Origin: Paramecium tetraurelia
Taxonomy: Eukaryota
Reading direction: 5' to 3'
Assembly: GCA_000165425.1 (NCBI GenBank)
Contig: CT868607.1
Span: forward strand, 124,001-188,000
Length of the DNA: 64,000 bases
Shown: one piece after another, positions 14,000 to 26,400 of the stretch
How the letters are laid out: each line of letters opens with the position of its first letter
How positions within the stretch are numbered: the stretch's first letter is position 1
Made by a program: the position numbers and the translations under genes
The notes under the pieces: generated by a model
What the model was told of the DNA's origin: nothing
The model's database searches: none
What the model saw: the letters and a program-made list of their open reading frames with translations, nothing else

Positions 14000-16900
14000 A
14001 TGCTAACAAGAAATGACAACATGAGTTTACTAGGTTTTGTTCCAGCATTGGTAGTCCAATATTTAGCTAATCAATAATAAATAACTTAACTTCCAGAAAA
14101 GCAAAATTTAAGATCTGTAGTCATGTTCGCTGATATATCTGGATTCACTAATTTGACAGAAACTTTATCAAAATTAGGAAATGAAGGGGCTGAGCTTATA
14201 GCATTTGCTATTAATCGTTATATGGAATTGCTAGTTTCTGCAATAAGTAAGAGTGGAGGAGATATTTTTAAGTTTGCTGGGGGTAAGCAATATACTAATT
14301 TTAGATGCCATGATCGTGGTTTGGCCTCCTTCTATTAAAGAAAGTGCTGTAGAAAACCATGAAGAATTGAAAGTTATTTGTAGACTAGCAGTACAATCAG
14401 CTTTAGATATTTAATCTAAGTTGAACAATACTACAATTTTGGAAGATATCAAACTTTCAGTTAAAATTGGATTTGGTATAGGAGACATCAATATAATATA
14501 TGTGGGAGGAGTTTTTGGAAGAAGTGAATATTTGGCTACGGGAGATCCTCTGACTTAGGCATTTAAAAGTGAACATCATGCTACAAGTGGAGGGTAAATC
14601 ATAGTTTCATAGGAGGTTTTTGATATGGTGTCTGACTTTTTTGTGTTTTAGAGGTTATAGAATGATTCTAGCTTTTATATGGTTTTAAAATTAATTAATA
14701 ATAAAGTTTAATTGAAAGCTGGAGCTTAATTAATAAAAAATAGATTAGGGGGGATCAACAAGTCACAGATAATGACATTTATACCAGCAGCACTAATTCC
14801 TTATATTGAGATTGAATAGGAAAAATGGAGTAGTGAATTAAGAAGAATTACAACTTTATTTATAAATTTAGGAATAGATTTGAGTGATGCTGATTCTAGA
14901 TTGTAACACATCTAAAAAGTGATAGAAGTTGTACAAAAATGCATTTACATAAATGAAGGATCTCTAAATAAGTTATTGATGGATGATAAAGGTTCAACAC
15001 TAATAGTGGGATTCGGATTGCCTCCTTTAAAGCATTAGGATGATCCTATTCGTGCCTTGTTAGCAGCTTAGTTGTTAGTAAAGCAATTAAGTTTAATAAA
15101 TTGTAAATGCTATATTGGAGTTGCAACTGGAATTGTATTCACAGGGGTTGTAGGAACAAGTGGATCCAGAAGGGAATACTCGATTTTAGGAGATGCTGTT
15201 AATTTAGCTGCTCGGTTAATGTAACTAGCAATATAAGAAAATAAATCTATTTTATTGTGTTAAAGGACAGCAGAAGATTGTGAACATAAGATTGATTCTG
15301 AATTATTTAAAATGGTCTAATTGAAAGGAAAGACTGGATTAATTCCTGTTTATTAGATAACATAACAAAAATCCATTATGAAAATTCATTATTATCAAAG
15401 CAAAATGGGATTTAATTAGAAAGGACTTGTTGGTGGTAAAGATAAGACTTAATAAATCCTACATCTTGTTAATACATTTTTAATGATGGATAGAGATGGT
15501 AGAATATCTTTGGCAGATATGGATATAGAAAGGGATTTTATTCTATTAAAAGGAAACTATGGTGTAGGAAAAACATTTGTAATGAAAATTTTAGAATACT
15601 AAATTAAAACTGAAAATCCAAAGGTTTTGATTTTAGAATCTTCAATAAATTCCTTCGAAAAAGTATTTAAAGGTAATGGAATCAAGAAGATTATTAAATA
15701 AATATATGATATTGCATTGTCTAAAACTACTTATAATTAATAGGAATTATTAGCAGCTATTAGTAATGGAAATCAAGTCATATAAAAAGCATTAGAGGAG
15801 CTATTGGATTTAAGTGAGTGGCTAAATGATTATGTAAATAATTTTCCAAATTTCTAATCCTCTTCTAGTACAAATGATGAACAGAAGATGAAATAAATAG
15901 GTTAAGCAGTTGTGAAGCTATTTGAAATTTATTTTGAATAGTAATTGCCAGATAAGAAGAGGAGACTTTATTCATAAATGGATGACGAATCTGATGATGT
16001 TTAATCAAATGACTTATCAACTGATAAAATTGATGTCCCTCCCATTATTATAGTGCTAGATGATTTGTAATATTATGATCAGTTATCATTTTATGTAAAG
16101 TAAATAATTAAATTGTTAGCTAATAAAGACGATTATCAAGAAGTTTAATAGAATACTGATCATTGGAGTTACAAGGGATTAATTTTGGGAAATTCCAATA
16201 ATGAGTAGAAAAGGAAATTCTAGAAATCCCAATAGATCCTAAGAGTTAGTTTATGATAGAGGAGTTGAATCAATAATTAACTTATACAATGTGACACCAA
16301 ATGAAGTCATTATGAAAGGAATTAAAAATATTGAAGAGCAAAAACACTTCTTGTTGTTATACTTTGGGTTTGACAAGTTTTCTGATCCAAAAATTCATGA
16401 AGTCTTGCATTTGAAAAGTTGTCGATAGCCCTTACTCTTAATTCACTTAGTTAAAACATTATTAGATAATAAGTATCTTATCAAAGAAAATGATTCTGTT
16501 TATGCTACATAATAATTATAAACACTAATTCAACATGAAGAGTGGCTACAGATTGAAATACCATAAATTTGTTATTAGATGAATGGTCCTATTATTGACT
16601 CTTTATCTTGTGTTAGTTTATTACTTTTAAAATTTGCATGTGTAATTGGAGATATATTCGACATCTAAACATTATTCAAAATAATTCCATTCAAATAAAT
16701 CAACCAAAATAAGTTATTAATGGCATTGAAATAACTTGTATAATAAGATATTATAGAGTTCATGCATGATGATAATGAAAATCGTTATTATCGATTTGTT
16801 ACTCCTTTTATGAGAGAATGCCTGTACTAAAGTATGACTTATACTCAAAGAAGATCAATTCACTCTTTGGTTGCTGAGGCATTATAAATTATACCTTAAC

Positions 16901-17956
16901 CATACGATGATTACAAAGAACTTAAGAGGTTAGAGTTTCATTGGAGAATGGCTGAATAAAAAATTAGTATTAAGAGTTCAAATGCAATAATCAAATTTTC
17001 ACATAAGGCAAAGAAGTCTTTAATCGTAAAATAGATATAAATGATATTGAAAACAAATAACAATGTTAAAACTCCTTTAAAAAAAGGGTTCATTTTCAAA
17101 AGGTCAGATAAGAAGGTTTCATGGCAATACAGATATTGTGTTATTGATAGTGAAAATATGATGTAATTATGTAATATAATTGTATTTCTTTAGTTTGTAT
17201 CTAAATAATTGTATGATCGAACAAACGGGAATCTTGCCGCTAAAACTGATTACTACCATAACTCCAATTTTTGATAAATCTGATGATTCATAATAATTCT
17301 GCCTGCAAGTTGGTGTGAGTGATTGGATCAAGAAGGGTAAGGTAAAAGGAGATAAAAGAATATTTCTGTTTGCTTTTGAATCTGAAGATTCTTTGGAAGA
17401 GTGGACTATATTTTTGGAATTTGTTAAGGCTAAATCAATCTATAATGATTTCGTAGAGAATTTCGGAAGAATTTAATTGCCAATAAATTTGATTAATGAG
17501 GCTTACGATCCTCAATTGACAATCTATTTACAGGAGATGTTCAAAGGATCCATTAAGAGATTCCGATAATAGAATGTCACAGAATAACTAAGCAATAAGA
17601 ATAGGAAATCCACCCACTCTAAACCTTAGTAACTTCAGATCGCTTAGAGTCCTATTCCTAATTATCATTCTCCGAATAACAACCCTAAAAGATTTTCAGT
17701 TAGATTCAGTGCAATAAGTGAATAGGAGGAGAAGTCTGATGATACTCCATTAAAAGAGAAGCTAAGACAATTCTTTTTTGGGTCGTTTGCAGTACTAGCA
17801 ATTCATTTACTAACTCACATTGACGAACCAAATTACATAGTGCTTGGATAGGAAGGTAGAACAATGAGAAGATTGAAGAAAAATAAGAAGCATAAAAATA
17901 ATATGATGCAGAGAATACCCAATATTCCTTCCATAATTGAATTCGACTTTTAGTGA
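14000..17956 (+). CDS. Soluble adenylyl cyclase (ADCY10/sAC-like): two class III cyclase domains + STAND P-loop NTPase + C-terminal PH domain
   Basis: C1: VMFADISGFT, IFKFAGDA. C2: NKLLMDDKG, REYSILGDAVNLAARLM. Walker A GNYGVGKT, Walker B IIIVLDD. PH-like LKKGFIFKRSDKKVSWQYRYCVI..FAFESEDSLEEW. No TM segments seen. Confidence 0.88.
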
Positions 17957-18014
17957 TTATTTATTACAAAAGGAATGTGTTATTTTTAAATAAATTTAAT
18001 ATCTTTTATTAAGT

Positions 18015-18415
18015 ATGCCTATTTTGAGAAGAAAAGATCAATAGAAAGCCAAAAACTTGAATTTGAAGTTCGTCATTGATTGCACAGAACCAAAGGAAGA
18101 TAAAGTAATTCATAGTGGCATAATTCCCTATGATAGGTTTTGAACTTGGATGAATTCGTGAGCTATCTTCAATCCAGAATCAAGGTTTAAGGAAAGACAG
18201 GAAATCTTGGTAACGATGTCACAGTTGCTGCCGAATAAGATAAAGTCGTAGTCACATCCACAATCCCATTCTCCAAGAGATACCTCAAATATTTAACCAA
18301 GAAATATTTGAAATAAGAAACTTTGAGAGAGTATTTGTACGTGCACTCCCTCGACAAAGCCACATATTAATTGAAGTATTTCAACGTAGGCTAAGACGAA
18401 GAAGAATAAAAATGA
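18015..18415 (+). CDS. RPL22: 60S ribosomal protein L22 (eL22)
   Basis: KFVIDCTEPKED..RIKVQGKTGNLG..PFSKRYLKYLTKKYLK; one intron at about 18105-18136. Confidence 0.96.
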
Positions 18416-18483
18416 TCAATATGACATTTTGTTAGTACATTAATAACAGATCAAATAATATTTATATTGTGGTAATCTATATA

Positions 18484-19800
18484 TCAATGTATATTCTGTA
18501 CTTCATTTCATTTCTGACCTAATAAAAACTCAAACACTCCATATTTTGGAGTGACTTTCATTAATTACGAGAACAGTTTACCCACAGTTTTGTACTTCCC
18601 AATTATGTGATCCACATCTTTCTTGATAAACTGTAATTGCTTATCTTTGAAGGTAGAAAATATCATTCTTCTTTTTTAATTCTCAGACTTCGTTGAGGCA
18701 CTGAAAGCAAGTAATTGAATAATTGTTTTCAATTGAGTATTCCCTTTAAAGACTCCACAACCCCATTTTCCAGTTGATATTGGATATAAGAACTCCTCTT
18801 CCTTTGCCGATTGAGATAATGAGAATCCGATGAAGGCCTTGTTTATCTCTCGCATGATTTCATTTTGTTGGAATTATTTATCAGGGTTATTTTTGTAATT
18901 GATAGCATCCAAAACTAGAATATTCTGATTCATGTTTTTAGGCTATCTTTACACAAAGCGAAAGCTATTTGCATACCCTTCATAGTCACTATATCTAATA
19001 GTATTTTTTACGATCACTACTTAATGAAAGTCTAACACTTTACAAAACAATACTGCTATTATGTTTTCTGGCATTATTGTGAATAAGATTTCTTCTTAAA
19101 CACAGCCATAACTCAATACACCTCCTCCAACATATTTATTTGCAAAATCAACTAGAATACTATTTTATTATTCTTCTATTTTTTAATCTACAAATTCAAT
19201 TGTTTAAAGGCTTTTCTCACAATTTGACCATAATTATGCATCCTCTAGTATTTTAGCTTAAGAATTTGGAAAGAATTGATTAATGTGATAATCGGCATTA
19301 AAAGCTATCCTTTCTACTGTAATGATCTCGTTTTCCAAATCTGGACTAGCCATAATAAAATAATAAAGGTAACACTTAGATTTTTCAGCATCCGTTTGTA
19401 GGATATGTCCTAAATTGTAAGTATCTGGGAATTTCTCATCTTGTGTCACCAATAATCCAAAGAATGATAATGATAAGAATTGATAAATTTCTTTTCTTGT
19501 GAAGTCAATAGAGCCCTCAGAAATTAACAACTCTTTTTTCGGAGATAGTTCTAACATATCCAAAGCATATTTAGCCATTTTTGGAAGCACATACTAAAAA
19601 AACATATCTCTATGGTTTTTATCTAACGCAGAAATTGCTGTGTCTAAACCTCTTAACTATGCTCCATTATTGCCAGTCAATGCGTTAATTATAGGTAAAG
19701 CATTTTATCGATCTTATTAAGAGAGTAGTTTTGTTAATAAATCCATTTGCCTTTATGACAATGTGGGAAATTTATACATCTTTTTCTCTTTTACATCCAT
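18484..19800 (-). CDS. PARG: Poly(ADP-ribose) glycohydrolase
   Basis: PARG signature [24 protein letters not shown], plus REINKAFIGF and STGKWGCGVFKG. Confidence 0.93.
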
Positions 19801-19839
19801 TTAAATCATTAATAAATAAATCGATATGTCTAATTATAA

Positions 19840-21046
19840 TCATTACTGTAAATATTTTTCATATCTCTCTACATTTCTCTTGAGCACTTCCTCTAAGGGA
19901 CCCATCAATCTTCTGAATGAGTTGAAATCGCAATATAATAACACGACATCAGTCTATATATTAATATGGTGAATCTACTTTAGCTGTGACAGTTGCTTAT
20001 CTAGGAGTGTTCTTCAATAATGCCAATTCTCCAAAGTAATCTCCTGGCTTGTAATCATAGACCTTTTCACTTGATCCTTTCCAATAAGCCTCTAACTCCC
20101 CTTCTATGATCAAGTAAATTCGATCTCCAATTTCACCCTTTATTTTAATTTAACTAATACTTCAGTAATAATGGTTTCTCCTGCCTTATGCTTTTCTTCC
20201 TTAAGCACATCGCACAGTTAAACCCGTTCATAATTATCCATTGATTATAATAGTTCAATCTTGCTTAATATTTCTTCCATCTACTCTCTCTTCTTGATGG
20301 CTGAAAACTTGACAATGTTGTTAAAAGTCTCTCTATCCAGAGCAAAAGTTGTGACTTCCTCAATGGCCTTAATTGTGGCTGCTCTTGGAGCATTATACAA
20401 TAAGGCCAGCTCTCCAAAGGATTCCCCTGGGATATAGGTTTTTAACAATTTCTCCTCCTCCAATCCTGTAAACTTTTTGTAGCATTCCAATCTTCCCTCA
20501 TCAATGACATACAACTCGTTTCCATCATCTCCCTGTTTGATTACTACGTCTCCAACTCTTCATTAAGTTAATGATGACTCTTACTAAAATTTCTTCTCAT
20601 CCATAGCTCCCAATACAATATTCAGATCCTTTTCATCCAAGGCCTAGAACATAAATGAATTCAGAATTCTTTTCTTTATCCTTTCAATTTGGGCTTCCGA
20701 TTTCTGGATAAATCTTGGCTTAAAATCCTCCTTCTTATTGTAATCTCCGTAAACTTCAGCAGAAACTGCTGTTCTAGTTTGTTGCTTTTATTGTTGTTTT
20801 ATCTCCAAAACAACTTCTTCTTCGTCCTCGTCTTCTTCACTGAGATCATGATGAGCATGTTACTGCACTTATACTCCACTTTCTTAAAAATGACTATATA
20901 TTTTTACATTGTTTTTGTAACCAACCAATAGACCATGAATACACGTCCTCTGGTTTTTCAATGACTATCCTAGCTATTAATTGATCGAACACTGGTTTCA
21001 CCTTGTTTTTTATATAGTCCTGAATCGAAACTTTTTTCTCACTCAT
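19840..21046 (-). CDS. cAMP-dependent protein kinase regulatory subunit
   Basis: N-terminal D/D-like helix, inhibitor site TRTAVSAEVYG, and two cNMP domains with cassettes FGELALLYNAPRAAT and FGELALLKNTPRQAT; several tiny introns. Confidence 0.93.
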
Positions 21047-21233
21047 AATCAATATTAAAATTTAATCGATTTATACTGAGACGAGTGGATATATGAAGTT
21101 AAATTTCAATACATATATATATTATTTTCATTTTACATACAAGATTCAAACTGATTTTTGATAGTTGTCCACTTATTTTATTAAACTACTTCAAATGTGT
21201 ACTTATGTATATAATAAATTAATTAATATCCAA

Positions 21234-22858
21234 ATGAGAAAGAAGGTCTCAACCTTGTAGGATTATGAAGAATGCAAATAGCAACTTCTCCTAGACTACC
21301 TCAGCACTTTGGAGGAAAAGGATAAAGAGAAGCTCTTAGAAAAGTTGGAATCCATAAATATTCGAAATCTTATTGATGTAAATTGCAATCCCCAATTTAG
21401 GTCTATAGTCATTATAAAGAAAAGCCTAATGAAAATCGCGAACTAAATCCTATCAAAAATGTATTGCGAGTTGCCTCTACTCCCAAAGACACTCTCCAAC
21501 AGTACCAAAAATTGGGAGAAAAATTAATTTCGGAAGGAAAGGGTATGCTTATAATTTAATAATTACCAAGTTTGCGTGGCAATGATGGCTGGTGGCTAAG
21601 GTACCAGACTGGGTTTTAATAAAGCCAAGGGAATGTTTGACATAGGTTTGCCTTCTCATAAGACTTTATTTCAAATTTTTTGTGAACGAATTTTGAGTCT
21701 CTAAAACATGATTCAATCAAGAATAGGATAATGTTTGCCCATTCAATTCTTTATCATGACTTCTGATGTTAATCATGAAGAAACTACTCAGTTTTTCATT
21801 GAAAATAATTACTTTAATCTTCAATCGGATCAAATCACTTTTTTTCAATAGGACTCCCTTCCCATTTTATCAATAAATGGAGAAATCATGTTGAGTAATT
21901 CTACAGCAATTCTTGAAGGACCTGATGGTAAGAATATTCTTATTATATTGAAAAGGAAACGGAGGAATCTTTAGTAGTCTCTACAATCAGGGCTATTTGG
22001 ATTATATGAAATGTTTGGGCATCAAGTACATCCATATATGTCCAGTGGATAATGCCCTTTGTAAATTATGTGATCCCATTTGGATTGGATATGTAGAATC
22101 AAAAAATCTAACCATTTGTAGCAAATTTGTGAAAAAGGCCCATGCAGAAGAAAAGGTAGGAATTCATGCTCTAATCAATGAAAAACCATGTGTAATAGGT
22201 GAATATTTAAATTTAGATTAGAGTACAGTGAAATGACATAGGAAGATCTACATAAGAAGAACGAAGAAGGAGAGTTAATCTATGACGCGGGAGGTATAGC
22301 GTAAATGATTTGCACTGTTGAATTTGCTCATAAAATTATAGAAGACCCTCAAACTAGTAATAAGTTAGCTGCAAAGTAAATCCATTCGCTATAAATTAGC
22401 TATCATGTTGCCTAAAAAAAATATGATTATTATAATATCAATCAGAGATAGATTGTTAAACCAGATTAAATAAATGCTTTGAAATTTGAACTGTTCTTTT
22501 TTGATTGCTTTCCTCTCTGTCCAAAGGAGTAATTTGGGTTGATTGAAGTAAAAAGGGAAGATGAATTTGCTCCTGTCAAAAATGCTCCTGGAGATAAGAG
22601 CGATACACCAGAAACTGCTAAGAAATTGTATTTGGATAGAGATTAAAAATGGTTAAAATATTATGGCTTATAGTTCCCATAATAGGTTGAAATTTCTGCT
22701 AAGATCACCTATTTTGGTGAAGGTCTTGAGAACATTTTACCAAAATATTTAGGAAATAAATAAAATCCATTAATAATAACAAATGATAGATAATCAGCAC
22801 CAAAATCTCCATAATTAGTTAAATAACCATAACCAAAATAATAACCATTACAATAACC

Positions 22859-22895
<37 letters not shown>

Positions 22896-23438
22896 TAACA
22901 ACCAAAATAACCATAAAAATAAATATAATAAACATCAGTTCTAAATTAATAAATTTATCCATAAGTAGTATATTCTTCATTAATCAATTCAGTACATCCA
23001 ACTGTATTACAGCCTAATTATTATCCATATTAATCAACACCTTAAAATTCTAAAAACATTTTAGTTTAAGAAAATCCCATCCATTAAAGTTAGGTTTTGA
23101 ATCCTAGATTATCTATGCAACACCAAACATAATCACAATAATAATTAAAATAAATAAAAGCTAATGCATTTCCTACTTAAGGTATAGCAGTTGCTACTCC
23201 AAAATTAATTAATCCTTAAACCAGGTATTAACCAATAATGTACTCTTAAAATCTACTTAATTAAAAATAAAGCATTATCCAACCAGTTCAGATTAATTCA
23301 TCTTTGTCTCCTTAGAGAGTAACATCATATTTCAAATAAAGAGCTGTGACAGTACAAAGACCGACAATGTTTGGCTAATAACGTCCCCTAATAATATCAG
23401 CTCAGCAATACATACCAATAGCAACAATAAAAAAATGA
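21234..23438 (+). CDS. UAP1: UDP-N-acetylglucosamine pyrophosphorylase with a Q/P-rich C-terminal extension
   Basis: [45 protein letters not shown], followed by a low-complexity tail of about 230 aa. Confidence 0.92.
22860..22901 (+). repeat. (TAA)n microsatellite encoding polyglutamine (Q14)
   Basis: TAG + (TAA)10 + CAA TAA CAA, in frame with the UAP1 tail. Confidence 0.9.
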
Positions 23439-23489
23439 GTAAAATAATATACAATATTTAATTATAAAAATTATAGTAATATCAGAATC

Positions 23490-26400
23490 TCAAAATGGGA
23501 TATTTTATTCATTAACGGGATCTTCTTCATACTTTTTCACTAAATATCCCTCTATTTATCGTCCTATTGATTTCAATTCTAAATTAACATTAAATTCAAA
23601 ATTATATAAATCTGAATAAAGTTCCTCCAAATACTTCTTTGTTGACTAGCTGACTTGTACATTCCCTTTAACTCCATTTGATTCCATCTTATTGGCAATT
23701 AGTACATCTGGACCATAAATATCATATCTAACAATATCTGTACCCATTACACCACCAAATACAGGCCCTGTATGTACTCCTATTCTCATGTTAAGTCCTT
23801 CAAAATTGATTTATTTCCTAACTTAAGTAATAATTTTAATCATTTCAAATGCTAAATCTATAATATTTTTAGCCTCCTATTGAGGATTTCTATTGTGGTA
23901 ATCAATCATTCCAATTGCCACATAGCAGTCGCCAATAGTATATAATTTATACACATTCAAATCACAACATTTCCTATCAAATTCGACGAATAAATTTTTT
24001 AGCATAACCAATACTTCTTCTGGGTTAACTTTACTTGAGTATTCAGTAAAACCAGCTATATCAGCAAACAATATTGTTAGGTCATCAATTTTATCACAAA
24101 TACCAATATTGCTTATTCTGTCATCTAAAAAATTATTTAAGATATGTTTTGGTAATAAATACTACAGTAATTGCGATTCCTTTTATTGCTATGTTTTATA
24201 GATAATTTTTTAATTAAAACAACTAACTTATTATTGTTCAATCAATAAAATCAATATCATATTATACATGGAGCTGATTAGGATAAAATATATTGAAACA
24301 ATTTAGGTTCCATCAATTGCCAGGATAATAGTAGAATAAATTGCAATTGTAACACAAAATTGCACTTTTATCCAAAAGCTTAATATTTGAATACTGCAAA
24401 ACAAGGATTGGATGAAGATTATTTCATAGACATGAATGTTTTTTAAGTAATCATCATCTACAAGATCTATCACGAGTCCACTAAGTAAAGCTTCAAAAAA
24501 TAATAAAAGTATTATGAAAATCTTCCATTTTCCAAAATACTGTTTTTTATTTACTATAAATTACATCAGATTAAGCAAACAACAGAACCATTACATTCCT
24601 ATTAAGCCTAAGTTGAAATTGTCATAAAATTGAACCTAACAAAAAGATTTAATAATGTAATAAAGAACATATATTCTTAAATTTTATACGGTTTGATTTT
24701 TAGATTGAATCTTGACGAACTCTTGATATTATTCATAACTAACAAACTGACTCATTTATTTTTTATAATAAGATATTTGCAATAACTACATAAAGGAGGT
24801 TTCTTTAATTATATTATGTTCTAGTGTATATTCATTCTTCAACAAAATGACATTCTCTAATTAATTTATATATGATTACCAATAGTTGTTCATAGTCAAT
24901 TAATTCATCAATTTATGGCTAATAATTTTCAAGTTAAAACTTGTTCTAAAATATAGTGACTAATCTTTTGAATGTATTTGTTTTGGCATCTGACTTTTAA
25001 GTGTAATTCTCCTCAGATTCTTGTTGTTATAACAATTTGATTGAATGCCCAGATTTATCCTCATAAGTTTAATAATAATTTGGTTCTATTGGTTTGATTC
25101 CAAATACATTTTGGGTTCCTTATTCTTACATAGAATCCATCCTTTACTTCATAGTATCTATTAAAGTAATAATAGTTTTCCTTTTCTTTAGATCCTTCTT
25201 AAAAATTTCATGATTCTTCCTCACCATATATTAGCTTCTAGCATCCTTACTTTGTAAGTCCAAATCACTTTATAACTAAAATTATTTTGCTTTATGTTTA
25301 ATCTTCCCTTTAAAAATGTAAGTCGGTCTAGTGCCCAAACCTTTCATCTCAACATTTCTTATTTCAAATTCAATATTTTCATTTTTTAATTAATCAAAAG
25401 CTTATTCTGATAATGTAATAGCATCCTCCAACCCAGTTGAGCAAATTCTGCTCGTCGTATTGACAGTATCTCCAATTAGTGAAAATTGAGGCTTATGAAA
25501 TCCTATAACTCCACTTATAGCCCCTCCATAATGAATGCCAATTTTACCAACTAATTGCTAGCCCTTATATCCCCACCTAGGTTTATAAAGAAACTTACAT
25601 TTTTGATCTGATATAAATCATCATTTGTTCAGCCAAATTTAAGGCTCTTTAAACAGGGTCTACCTAAGATAGATAAGTCAATTCTTATTCACATGCCTTG
25701 AGACCTGCTGATGCTAAATATGTCTTTCCAACTGTTTCTATCTTTTGAACCCCATAAATTTAGCAATATTTATCAAAAGTTCTAAAAATGTCATCCAAAA
25801 ATGTAATTATTTTATCCTTTTCTTCTGTCACCATTTGATCAAAGTTACAAATATCACAAAATACAATTGCTACCAAACCTTAATTTTAATGGATATTATA
25901 TTGGTCAGCTATTACAATTTAATTGATCATTACTTTCGTTTAATCTGTCTCGAATGAATTTAGGCAACAAAATACCTAATATGTCATTAATTTTGTTATT
26001 TTATTCAATAAAATTCAATTTATTCTAGGCTTGATCCTCCTCTAATTGAATAAACTAAAAGGATTATTTAATTAATTTACATAACTCTTTACCAAGTATT
26101 GTAAAACAGAAAATAGAATTATGAATTATATCACAGCAATCTGGTTCGAAATTATTGAATCACTTTCAACGATATACCAAACAATATATCCAAGAATAGT
26201 AGCAACAGCTGTTATTATGTATACTCTGAAGTCATATATGGGATGGAATTTGATTGACAATTCGTAAACTATAAAATATTAAACTGTCAAAATTTGGTTG
26301 ATATTATCAACAGATTTCATGACAAACAATATGGAAATAGTAGCAGCGGTTGATAAAAAGAATTTAGCATATTCTAAATATTCCTATTGATTAGTTGGTA

